From a virus, in UHGV virus genome UHGV-1358930: a DNA stretch of 64,000 nucleotides. The stretch is one strand, 5' to 3'. Position numbers and translations under genes: made by a program. Positions 38,746 through 46,957 of this stretch are shown one piece after another. Under the pieces are notes generated by a model, which did no database searches, had not been told where the DNA came from, and worked only from the letters and a program-made list of their open reading frames with translations. Each line of letters opens with the position of its first letter. The first letter of the stretch is position 1.

Positions 38746-39153
38746 ATGGTCGCATCTCCAAGATACTATTACTACGTGAATAACACTCGGTTTAACTCTG
38801 CTTCAGAAGCTGTAGCATATATCAACTCGAATGGATTCTGCGATAAACGTATCACAGACTCTCATCTCCGTATTATGCTCAATTATCTGGAGCACCCGAC
38901 CAAGCCTATTAAAGTCTGGCCGTGGATACGAGACCATGTCAAGCGAGAGTTAGTTCCATACATTGAATGCAGCTTCTGCAGGAAACCTATCTATGTAGGA
39001 GAATCTTATGTAACATTTAATGATGTAGATCATGGTATTCATAGATTTTGTTCTACGCATTGCGGTGCAATGTATAACCACAAGCAGATCAAGTATGAGA
39101 CTGTAACTCTGGCAGATACAAACCCTATGAATATTCCGGAAGAACTTCAGTAA
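38746..39153 (+). CDS. TRASH/FCS-type zinc-ribbon protein, paralog 3
   Basis: CSFCRKPIYVGESYVTFNDVDHGIHRFCSTHC. N-terminal SPRYYYYVNN. RBS AAAGGATG. Confidence 0.55.
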   Translation: MVASPRYYYYVNNTRFNSASEAVAYINSNGFCDKRITDSHLRIMLNYLEHPTKPIKVWPWIRDHVKRELVPYIECSFCRKPIYVGESYVTFNDVDHGIHRFCSTHCGAMYNHKQIKYETVTLADTNPMNIPEELQ

Positions 39154-39155
39154 TC

Positions 39156-39794
39156 ATGAAATACATATATAGATGTGGATCACGCTTATTTGATGATGCA
39201 GCAGCTTGCGCAGCATATATAAAATCTACGCTGAATCTGTCATATATGACATCAAATCTGTTGCTAGATATTGTTGCTGGCAAAACAACAGGACAAGATA
39301 GCAAGACTGTAAATTGGATAAAAAAGCATGTAGAGCAGCTTCCTTCTCCTTACATACCTTGCTGTCGATGCGATAGACCAATATATACAGGTGATTGGAT
39401 ATACACAGCAGGTAAATCAGATAATATGGTGTTCTGTAGCGTAAATTGTTTGGCCAGCTATTATTTGACCATAACAAAACGTAAATTCAAGTTAGGAGAA
39501 GCTTTAACCAACATTTCTGATGACAATGAACTAATCGAAAATTGCAATCTGTCTAAACGAACTAAGTATGCGCTGCTTCGATCCGGATACAGTACACTAG
39601 GAAAAGTTGCAAGGTTATCTTTCATGGATACTGAGGCAATACGAGGATTTGGATCTACGTGCTTAGCAGAATTGATGAATTTCCTGGAAGATAATTCATT
39701 CGATATAACTAGTTTATATCCGCCAGATGAGCGTAGATATCTAAGAAAGCGTCAATCTGTAGAAATCATTCGTGAGAGGTTAAGAAAACAATGA
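39156..39794 (+). CDS. TRASH/FCS-type zinc-ribbon protein, paralog 4, fused to a C-terminal RNA polymerase alpha-CTD-like helix-hairpin-helix domain
   Basis: CCRCDRPIYTGDWIYTAGKSDNMVFCSVNC. Then NLSKRTKYALLRSGYSTLGKVARLSFMDTEAIRGFGSTCLAELMNFLEDN matches the alphaCTD pattern (LSxRxxNxLxxxGxxTxxxL...GxxSxxEL). Confidence 0.5.
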   Translation: MKYIYRCGSRLFDDAAACAAYIKSTLNLSYMTSNLLLDIVAGKTTGQDSKTVNWIKKHVEQLPSPYIPCCRCDRPIYTGDWIYTAGKSDNMVFCSVNCLASYYLTITKRKFKLGEALTNISDDNELIENCNLSKRTKYALLRSGYSTLGKVARLSFMDTEAIRGFGSTCLAELMNFLEDNSFDITSLYPPDERRYLRKRQSVEIIRERLRKQ

Positions 39795-39979
39795 GCGTGC
39801 AAGAACGAATCAAATTAGCTGAAAAATCTTACGAATACAAAAACGTAACAATAAACTGCTATGCCTATGGTTGGTTCATTTACTACATAGATAGAAACAT
39901 GGTCTATCCGATGAAGCAACGTGTGAACTTTGCTACTAGCGAGGAAGCAGAAGAATTCATCGACACACATATACTGTAG
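39791..39979 (+). CDS. Hypothetical small protein
   Basis: ATGA overlap with the upstream gene. 62 aa. Confidence 0.4.
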   Translation: MSVQERIKLAEKSYEYKNVTINCYAYGWFIYYIDRNMVYPMKQRVNFATSEEAEEFIDTHIL

Positions 39980-40112
39980 TACAATATTGTAAGCATACTG
40001 GTGAACCTTATATTTTACGTGAAGGTCACTCAAGCAGTAATGTTGTGGCCTAGATTAAATCGCCTATTAGATACTAGGCAATGAATTAAAAATCGTTTTG
40101 GAGGTTTTATCA

Positions 40113-40517
40113 ATGAGCTACAAGATTACTGTTAAGTATGTAAAGCCGGTTCAGGCTGAAGCTTCTATTCCGACTTATCCAATTGCACCTGAATTCATTC
40201 TAGGTACATCTTATGTGGATCAGGAAGCTTTCCGGAAGGGCATCGATGATGCAGCATACCCGAGGAACATCTGGGGCATGAACAATGTAGGCATGGCAGA
40301 CTCTATCGAGCAGTTCCTCGGTGAAGTTTCTGTACATCCTGGCGTTGTCTTTGCTTGCAAGTCTGCTATTATGTCTGCTCAAGCTGCAGCTGCTGCCGCT
40401 ACTGAAGACAAGGGCTACGAGTTTGAGGCTGCAGATTATAAAGACAAGATGCTTTACGAAGACGCTGCTCGTGCTCTAAAGGATCAGGGTTTTGAAATCA
40501 CCGTTTCCCCTATGTAA
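40113..40517 (+). CDS. Hypothetical virion protein (134 aa)
   Basis: RBS TGGAGGT before ATG 40113. Ala-rich segment. Confidence 0.55.
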   Translation: MSYKITVKYVKPVQAEASIPTYPIAPEFILGTSYVDQEAFRKGIDDAAYPRNIWGMNNVGMADSIEQFLGEVSVHPGVVFACKSAIMSAQAAAAAATEDKGYEFEAADYKDKMLYEDAARALKDQGFEITVSPM

Positions 40518-41197
40518 AGGGTCAAGTAGATATTACATCGGCTGATAGTGAAGATGCAATTCAACGAGCTATTTCAAATAACCCGAGTAACGCATATATT
40601 CACTTGACCCAAAACGTAGCGCAGAGCGGAATTCAAACGGAAGCAGGATCCAATGTAACGCTTGATCTAGATGGACACACCATTACATGTGTCGCTCCAT
40701 TTGTAGGTTCTTCTGAGGAATATACAAATGGTATGAGATTCATGAAAGGATCAAACGTAGTTATAAAGAACGGTACGATCAAAGCAATCTCACCCATGTT
40801 GGCTATACTTATTCAAAACTTTTCGGATAGTTTAGTTTTGGACAATGTCACGCTACAAGGTAAACTTGCTACGCAGTACATTCTTTCTAATAATTACGGA
40901 CATGTAACTCTGAAGAACAACACAGTTGTTAAAGCTTCTGGAGGACATGTCGCATTTGATGCGCATTACGGACTGTCTGAAGAATACGACGATGGATGTA
41001 CTGTCACTATTGCCGATAACACAGTTAAGATTGTTGGCGAAGTAGAGTACACTAAATCAGATAGATGTTCTGAAGAAAACTTCTTCGCAAAAACGCACAT
41101 CTACATTCCTTCAGATTATACACTCACTGCTCCTGCTGGATTTGAATTCAAGCTTACAGCAGATGGTACACAAAAAGAGCTAGTTAAGGCTCAGTAA
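40496..41197 (+). CDS. Pectate-lyase-like beta-helix protein; reading frame open from 40496 with no canonical start before TTG 40604
   Basis: N-terminal texture DITSADSEDAIQRAISNNPSNAYIHLTQNV...GSNVTLDLDGHTIT is typical of right-handed beta-helix tailspike/depolymerase N-termini and extends upstream of the tracked TTG. Confidence 0.45.
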   Translation, partial: NHRFPYVKGQVDITSADSEDAIQRAISNNPSNAYIHLTQNVAQSGIQTEAGSNVTLDLDGHTITCVAPFVGSSEEYTNGMRFMKGSNVVIKNGTIKAISPMLAILIQNFSDSLVLDNVTLQGKLATQYILSNNYGHVTLKNNTVVKASGGHVAFDAHYGLSEEYDDGCTVTIADNTVKIVGEVEYTKSDRCSEENFFAKTHIYIPSDYTLTAPAGFEFKLTADGTQKELVKAQ

Positions 41198-41214
41198 GAT
41201 AGGAGGCCTAGTAC

Positions 41215-41925
41215 ATGACGATGGATGAAATAACAGAACAGGTAGGATTTATGCTAGGCCTCCCTACTAACGAAAACGTAGAAGAAGTAGATCTGAGAAA
41301 AGCTGTATTGATTGCATTTCGAGAGCTCAAGCGCTATATACGTCAATCAGTTGAAAAAACTATTCCGTTTCAAACTAGAATTGATCTAGTAAAGAATGGC
41401 ATTCATACAAAAACAGTATTGAATGTCCAATCAGCTAGCCCAAGAATAGGGTTGACGCTAAGTAATATTGATAGCGCAAATGTATTCCAAGCTGCAATGG
41501 CTGTGAAGACATACAGCGGAATCGGAAATAATCGAAACATCAATATTGATCCAATTCTAACTGAGATGGCAATGGCACAAGTTCGAAATACAATCTCTAC
41601 GGATTTTCAATGGAAATTTGATCCATACAATCAAGTTGTATATGTAACACATCGAGATCCAATACCTGCAATGATTACAATAAGATATGTGCCGGACCTG
41701 CAGGATGTATCAGAAATCCAAGGAAATACTTGGATAGATTATCTTGTCAGAATGAGCATAGCTTTTGCTAAGATATCATTAGGTAGATCCCGATCCAAAT
41801 ATACAATTGAAGGCTCAAATGTAACGCTTGACGGAGACACACTTCTGTCAGAAGCTAATGCTGAGCTAGAAACAATACGAACTGAATTGAATGATAAGAA
41901 AAATAAACTTATAGTATTAAATTAA
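41215..41925 (+). CDS. Hypothetical virion protein
   Basis: RBS TAGGAGGCC. 236 aa. Confidence 0.55.
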   Translation: MTMDEITEQVGFMLGLPTNENVEEVDLRKAVLIAFRELKRYIRQSVEKTIPFQTRIDLVKNGIHTKTVLNVQSASPRIGLTLSNIDSANVFQAAMAVKTYSGIGNNRNINIDPILTEMAMAQVRNTISTDFQWKFDPYNQVVYVTHRDPIPAMITIRYVPDLQDVSEIQGNTWIDYLVRMSIAFAKISLGRSRSKYTIEGSNVTLDGDTLLSEANAELETIRTELNDKKNKLIVLN

Positions 41926-41936
41926 GGAGGCCAAAT

Positions 41937-42311
41937 ATGGTTATTTACAGCAAGCGTTCTACTAAGGCAATCAAGGCAGACGATGAACTTGATGTAGAAG
42001 ACGAACTTCCAGAAGTCGAAGATACCGATGTCGAGGTTTCTCCTGAAGCTACCGAGCTTCTTTTTGAAACCGAAGATGTTGCTCAGCTACTCGCAGAAGT
42101 AACTCAGCAGCCAGTAGATGTTGATACTGCTGACGACGGTGAGTCTGTAGAATTCACTGTTGGAAAAGATGTTTACACGGTGGAATCTGAGGGCAACGAA
42201 GAAGTTCTTGAGTCTGTCAGAAAACCCTTCAAGCGTAAGAAAGCAATCAAGTCTTCCAGACAGATGAGCAAAAATATCAAGAAGCCTGTTAGACAGATCA
42301 GAAGAAAGTAA
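41937..42311 (+). CDS. Acidic N-terminal / basic C-terminal small protein (possible internal or DNA-associated virion protein)
   Basis: RBS AAGGAGGCC. Charge-segregated composition. Confidence 0.5.
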   Translation: MVIYSKRSTKAIKADDELDVEDELPEVEDTDVEVSPEATELLFETEDVAQLLAEVTQQPVDVDTADDGESVEFTVGKDVYTVESEGNEEVLESVRKPFKRKKAIKSSRQMSKNIKKPVRQIRRK

Positions 42312-42382
42312 TATAAGTTTCATATTCACCCTCACTGGCAGGTAGCGTTGTTAAATACGATTCTACCTGCCAATATATTTAT

Positions 42383-43468
42383 ATGGAGGTAAGTACATTG
42401 GAGAAAGAATATGTGCAGAGCGGGTTGATTACAAATCTGCTCAAATCTCTGCCTAAATTCATTGGCAAAGGGATTGAACAAGTCTCTAAGATGGGCGTAA
42501 ACGTAACTGAATCAAAACCTGTCGATGGCAACTATGAAAATGGTGTTATTTTCGTTGCAACCGGCGGCAAGGGTCATATCATCAAGTGCAAAGTTGTGCC
42601 TGTACCCGAACTAAACGGTAGATTCAATTTTTACATCAAGTCCAAAGATGGTCATCAAGCTAGCTGGCCGTCTATCAAGGAAGATCAAATGGACGACAAG
42701 ATCACTGAATTTTTTGATAAATTCTACGACGAAAGCTTTGAAGACGCAGAAGATAACAAAGATGACTTCAATATGGATGAGTTTTCAAAAGAAGACGAAT
42801 CCAAGAAAGAAAGTCCTGAAGCACCTCCAGAAGAACAAGATATGAATTCTAGTAAGAAGTTATATGTTACTCTGTCTAAGGTAACTGCAGGCTCTAAGAT
42901 TTCCGCTAAGGTGCACAGAGTATATGCTAACTACGGCGCTGTTCCGGCAATGGCTGACATGACGTGCTTGCTGAACGATACAGATTTTGTGAATTCACTC
43001 ACAGAGGAACCTCAGTCATTCTGTGTAGAATCTTGTCCAGAAGAATTGACTACAGAGGAAGTAGACAGTGTAGAACCGCATGATCCAATGGATTGTGTTG
43101 TTCAGCAGCTGTATGTAAGCATTCTGAATCTACAATATTTAGGTATGGTATATTGTACCCCTAACATGTCTAATTTCTACGATGGATTCAACATAGCTTA
43201 TGATGTAATGTATAGCGTCAGAAGAATGATTTCAATATTTGTAGCATCTGGATGGAAGCCAAAGAGCCCAATCTCTTTAGTTCAGCTAGGCGAATGTGTT
43301 TCCATCTTAAGCACAGACGCCGATTCTATTCAGGCAGATGTCAAATCATGTTTAGAGAACATTGTTTGTACATTGTCTTTGTATCGCCCAGAGTTTTCAC
43401 CGGACATTCAAACCGTATTTGATGAGCTTGTAGCACAAATCAAATGCTCTTATTTGTGCGTGATGTAA
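42383..43468 (+). CDS. Hypothetical protein (start ATG 42383 or TTG 42398)
   Basis: A GGAGGT sits right at the start. 361 aa. Confidence 0.5.
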   Translation: MEVSTLEKEYVQSGLITNLLKSLPKFIGKGIEQVSKMGVNVTESKPVDGNYENGVIFVATGGKGHIIKCKVVPVPELNGRFNFYIKSKDGHQASWPSIKEDQMDDKITEFFDKFYDESFEDAEDNKDDFNMDEFSKEDESKKESPEAPPEEQDMNSSKKLYVTLSKVTAGSKISAKVHRVYANYGAVPAMADMTCLLNDTDFVNSLTEEPQSFCVESCPEELTTEEVDSVEPHDPMDCVVQQLYVSILNLQYLGMVYCTPNMSNFYDGFNIAYDVMYSVRRMISIFVASGWKPKSPISLVQLGECVSILSTDADSIQADVKSCLENIVCTLSLYRPEFSPDIQTVFDELVAQIKCSYLCVM

Positions 43469-43528
43469 TATTTTAAGGATCGTTAATTGTATCTGTAAAT
43501 ACATCAATATAAACATGGAGGATGTATA

Positions 43529-44020
43529 ATGAAAGATACAATCGGTTTTATCACGTATCCTGAATCTTCGCACGAAATATCCGATGTAGATAGACTTCAA
43601 ACATATATAACTAGCGGTCAAGGCGTAATTACTTTAGAGAATCCAGAAACGGGTGTTCATAAAACTTACGCCTTCAATGACCCTAGACACAAGGATAGAT
43701 TCACAGACGGTACAATCTTTATATATTATCATTCATCTTCTGGATATTGGCTATATGTAGGAATGCTCAGATATGGAAATATACGAGTAACTAAAGCGTC
43801 TAATTTCTATTCTGATAATCCGGTGTACCTTGGGGCAAAATACATAGTAGACGTAGCAAACAATCGTCGCAGAAACACAAAGATGAAAATATATCATTGT
43901 GGTATGTGCTGTGTATGCGGACGAAAATTGACCTCCCCCAGATCAATACTAGAAGGTATCGGACCTAGATGTAAGCGTAACAAGCAAAAGTTAGCTGACA
44001 TCCAGGACGTGAGATCGTGA
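43529..44020 (+). CDS. Hypothetical protein with a C-terminal CxxC...GIGPRC zinc-ribbon motif
   Basis: RBS TGGAGGATG. CGMCCVCGRKLTSPRSILEGIGPRC. Confidence 0.5.
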   Translation: MKDTIGFITYPESSHEISDVDRLQTYITSGQGVITLENPETGVHKTYAFNDPRHKDRFTDGTIFIYYHSSSGYWLYVGMLRYGNIRVTKASNFYSDNPVYLGAKYIVDVANNRRRNTKMKIYHCGMCCVCGRKLTSPRSILEGIGPRCKRNKQKLADIQDVRS

Positions 44021-44463
44021 GTATTCGAGACAATCAGAAATTCGATGTAATATGTAAAGAATGTGGGAACAACGTATTTGAGGCTGTAAAACTAATTTCA
44101 AGTTGTGCTGATTATATATCTAAATCTACCTTTCATAAGGTTGATGAATCAGATGCAATAGAATGGATAATGAATAGAAAATATCCGAAATTTGAAGATC
44201 TTTTATCTTATCCGCAGTCTAAACAACATCTGATAGATACGTATATATCTATATATACCGAATTAGTTGACGACGCTCAAGTTACAGCAAGTGTAAAACT
44301 CTCTATTTATTCTAGCTACAGAAGCCGTAAATTGAAGTTTATTTATGCTTTTGTGTCAGATGACTATAGAAGAAGTAGAGTGAGAATACTAACCCGAATG
44401 ATTTGGTACGCATTATATCCAGTACCTAAAAGAACACAAGGAGGCATAGATGATGGAACCTGA
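44017..44463 (+). CDS. Hypothetical protein (GTG start coupled to the upstream stop)
   Basis: GTGA overlap. 148 aa. Confidence 0.45.
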   Translation: MSIRDNQKFDVICKECGNNVFEAVKLISSCADYISKSTFHKVDESDAIEWIMNRKYPKFEDLLSYPQSKQHLIDTYISIYTELVDDAQVTASVKLSIYSSYRSRKLKFIYAFVSDDYRRSRVRILTRMIWYALYPVPKRTQGGIDDGT

Positions 44464-44941
44464 AGTAAATTTGAACGAATCCGCAGAAAAGACAGAAGTG
44501 AAAGAACGAAAGAAACCTGGACCTAAGCCGAAACGTAAACTTGATGACGCAGCGGTCGAGACAACAAAGGTTGAGACAACAGAAAAGCCAGAGATTGAGA
44601 CAGTAGAGAAAGCCGATCTTAATGTAGATACAGCTGAACCCGTTGTAGAATCCTCTGTAGAAGTTGTCAATGAACCTGAAACAAACGAAGGTGAAGTTGC
44701 TGATAATCAGGCAGACGAGCCTAATGAACATCTACCCGTAGGATCTATCATTGCAACACATGGTAGGGCTATCGTCATACATAAGTATGCTAATTTGTCT
44801 GATATCGGCATTCGGCACTCTGGCGTTGTTCGAGTTGTTGAGAATAACAATGGCGTATGCTGGGTTAGATATATGGTAAGCGGATTTGGCCCATGTATGG
44901 GTTATATTCACGAAGATAAATTAAACAAATACATGAAGTAA
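44450..44941 (+). CDS. Hypothetical protein with an acidic N-terminal region and a beta-rich C-terminal domain
   Basis: RBS AAGGAGGCATAG. 163 aa. Confidence 0.5.
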   Translation: MMEPEVNLNESAEKTEVKERKKPGPKPKRKLDDAAVETTKVETTEKPEIETVEKADLNVDTAEPVVESSVEVVNEPETNEGEVADNQADEPNEHLPVGSIIATHGRAIVIHKYANLSDIGIRHSGVVRVVENNNGVCWVRYMVSGFGPCMGYIHEDKLNKYMK

Positions 44942-44955
44942 AGGAGTAGTTAATC

Positions 44956-45090
44956 ATGCCAGAAACAAACGTAATTGACCAGATTCATCCTGAAGAAACT
45001 GCACCTGTTATCGAAGATGCATCTCAGATTTCTGAAGAAACAATTCAGGAATTTACTGGTGGTAAAGGTGAAGAGAAGGAGGCTGAATAA
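44956..45090 (+). CDS. Small acidic protein (44 aa)
   Basis: RBS AAGGAG 9 nt before the ATG. Below the ORF-track size cutoff. Confidence 0.4.
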   Translation: MPETNVIDQIHPEETAPVIEDASQISEETIQEFTGGKGEEKEAE

Positions 45091-45092
45091 TC

Positions 45093-46325
45093 ATGCCTAA
45101 GTACACTAACAGCAGTCTTGTTAATCATACGCATATCAGCCCCATGCAGAACCCAAGAGTAAACAGCTACTACAATCCAACAGGTAAGATTGATAGAATC
45201 ACTATTCACCATATGGCTGGTAACCTTTCTGTAGAAACATGCGGAAATGTTTTCCAGTCTCGTGAAGCTTCATCAAACTACGGCATCGGTTCTGATGGCA
45301 GAGTAGGTCTATATGTTGAAGAATCTGGAAGATCTTGGGCATCTGGTAGTCCTGAAAACGACTACAGAGCTGTAACAATTGAGGTTGCTAACTGTCAGAA
45401 TTCTGATCCGTGGCCAGTATCAAACGCAGCTTATGAAAAGCTCATTCTTCTCTGCGCAGATATTTGCAAACGAAACGGTATCAAGAAGCTCAACTATACG
45501 GGCGATACTTCAGGAAATCTAACAATGCACTGCTGGTTCCAGGCAACAGGTTGCCCGGGTCCTTATCTGAAAGCTAGATTCAAGGACATTGCAAATCGAG
45601 TGAACGCACTGCTCGGCCAGTCTGATCCGACTCCAGCACCTACACCCTCACACTCTGGAAAGATCAAAGTTGGTGATGTAGTCAATTTCCTAGGCGGTAA
45701 TCATTACTACAGCACCGATGCATCTTCTCCAGCATCTACAGGTCTTAGAGCAGGTAAGGCAAAGGTAACTGTTATCGCAAGCGGTAAACATCCATATCAT
45801 CTGATTCATACAGATGGTTCTACTTCTGTATACGGTTGGGTAGACGCTTCTCAGATCAAAGAAGCACAGTCCTCTAAACCAGCAACTAAGGAATATAAAG
45901 TCGGTGATGTGGTCAAGTTTAAGGGCGGCAATCATTATTCCAGTGCTAACGCAACTTCACCTGCTTCTACGGGTCTACCTGCAGGTCCGGCAAAAATCAC
46001 CGTTAAAGCTTCTGGCGCGCATCCCTATCATCTGGTCCATACAAACTCCGCCACCTCAGTATATGGTTGGGTAAACGCAAACCAGATCGAAGGCGCTGCT
46101 ACGCCGTCTCAGCCTAGTAAGCCTGAAACATTCAAAAAGGGAGACAAGGTTAAGCTCAAATCATCTACTACAAGATGGGTGACGGGCGAGACAATTCCTT
46201 CTTGGGTGAAGAATAGTCAGCTTTATATTTGCAACTGGAGTGATAATAACCCGTGTGTAACTATCAACTCCAATCTGTCTGGAATCACCGGTGTAGTAAA
46301 GCAGTCTGATATCTACCACAACTAA
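45093..46325 (+). CDS. Endolysin: N-acetylmuramoyl-L-alanine amidase (Amidase_2) with three C-terminal SH3-like cell-wall-binding repeats
   Basis: ITIHHMAGN...NYGIGSDGRV...CPGPYL. Three repeats of about 70 aa of the form KVGDVV.F.GG.HY.S...SPASTGL.AG.AK.TV.ASG.HPYHL.HT...S.YGWV.A.QI. RBS GAAGGAGG. Confidence 0.75.
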   Translation: MPKYTNSSLVNHTHISPMQNPRVNSYYNPTGKIDRITIHHMAGNLSVETCGNVFQSREASSNYGIGSDGRVGLYVEESGRSWASGSPENDYRAVTIEVANCQNSDPWPVSNAAYEKLILLCADICKRNGIKKLNYTGDTSGNLTMHCWFQATGCPGPYLKARFKDIANRVNALLGQSDPTPAPTPSHSGKIKVGDVVNFLGGNHYYSTDASSPASTGLRAGKAKVTVIASGKHPYHLIHTDGSTSVYGWVDASQIKEAQSSKPATKEYKVGDVVKFKGGNHYSSANATSPASTGLPAGPAKITVKASGAHPYHLVHTNSATSVYGWVNANQIEGAATPSQPSKPETFKKGDKVKLKSSTTRWVTGETIPSWVKNSQLYICNWSDNNPCVTINSNLSGITGVVKQSDIYHN

Positions 46326-46364
46326 TCTAGAGTACAAGTCATTCCATTCTTTATATCTGTACCA

Positions 46365-46397
46365 AGGAGAGTCTCAATAGAGGCTCTCCTACTTTTA
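46365..46397 (+). terminator. Rho-independent terminator after the endolysin gene
   Basis: Stem AGGAGAGTCTC / GAGGCTCTCCT, 4-nt loop, T-rich tail. Confidence 0.7.
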
Positions 46398-46480
46398 TTA
46401 TCAATTGATTTGAATCGTTAATATTTACGTAGATATATCAATATAAAATATTATTTTATTTACATATGTCGGAGGTAAAG

Positions 46481-46954
46481 ATGAAATTTCAGATTGTTAA
46501 TCCAGCAGGCGCATACGTTATGGTTACAGAACATTTCGAATGTTTATATGACAAAGAGACAATATCCGATATGAATTCTGCAGGATACAAATTTCGCATA
46601 GATGGTAAACTTGTTCCCGTTTCTAAATTTAAAGAATACTTATCAGGGAATTCAATCAGTGATACTTCTAGAACTGATGATTTAGATAGTAAGCAGGAAT
46701 CAGATAAGTCCATTGAAACGAAGAATAACTTGAAATCTTCATTTTTTCATACCTCCGATAGTACTTCTAAGATCATATCATCTTCAATAACTCATAAATT
46801 TAAGATGAAAGTAAGATGTATTGATACCGGGGAAATATTCAATAAACAGTCAGAAGCAGCTAAAAAATACGGAATTGACCCTGCAGCAGTCTCGGATAGT
46901 TTAAAAACAGGTAGAAAACGAGCTGGATATACATTCGAGTGGGTAGGAGATTAA
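46481..46954 (+). CDS. Hypothetical protein with a C-terminal NUMOD1-like DNA-binding motif
   Basis: RBS GGAGG before ATG 46481. C-terminus FNKQSEAAKKYGIDPAAVSDSLKTGRKRAGYTFEWV. Confidence 0.5.
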   Translation: MKFQIVNPAGAYVMVTEHFECLYDKETISDMNSAGYKFRIDGKLVPVSKFKEYLSGNSISDTSRTDDLDSKQESDKSIETKNNLKSSFFHTSDSTSKIISSSITHKFKMKVRCIDTGEIFNKQSEAAKKYGIDPAAVSDSLKTGRKRAGYTFEWVGD

Positions 46955-46957
46955 CAG

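Noticed and set aside
40487-40493. Canonical -1 slippery heptamer G_GGT_TTT in the 0 frame of the 40113 gene
   Set aside because: A -1 shift here runs immediately into a TGA at 40493-40495. It cannot connect to the downstream beta-helix frame, which opens at 40496.
44413-44731. Two overlapping minus-strand ORFs (85 and 101 aa)
   Set aside because: They are antisense to well-formed + strand genes with RBS. The translations are Cys/Phe-rich shadow products.
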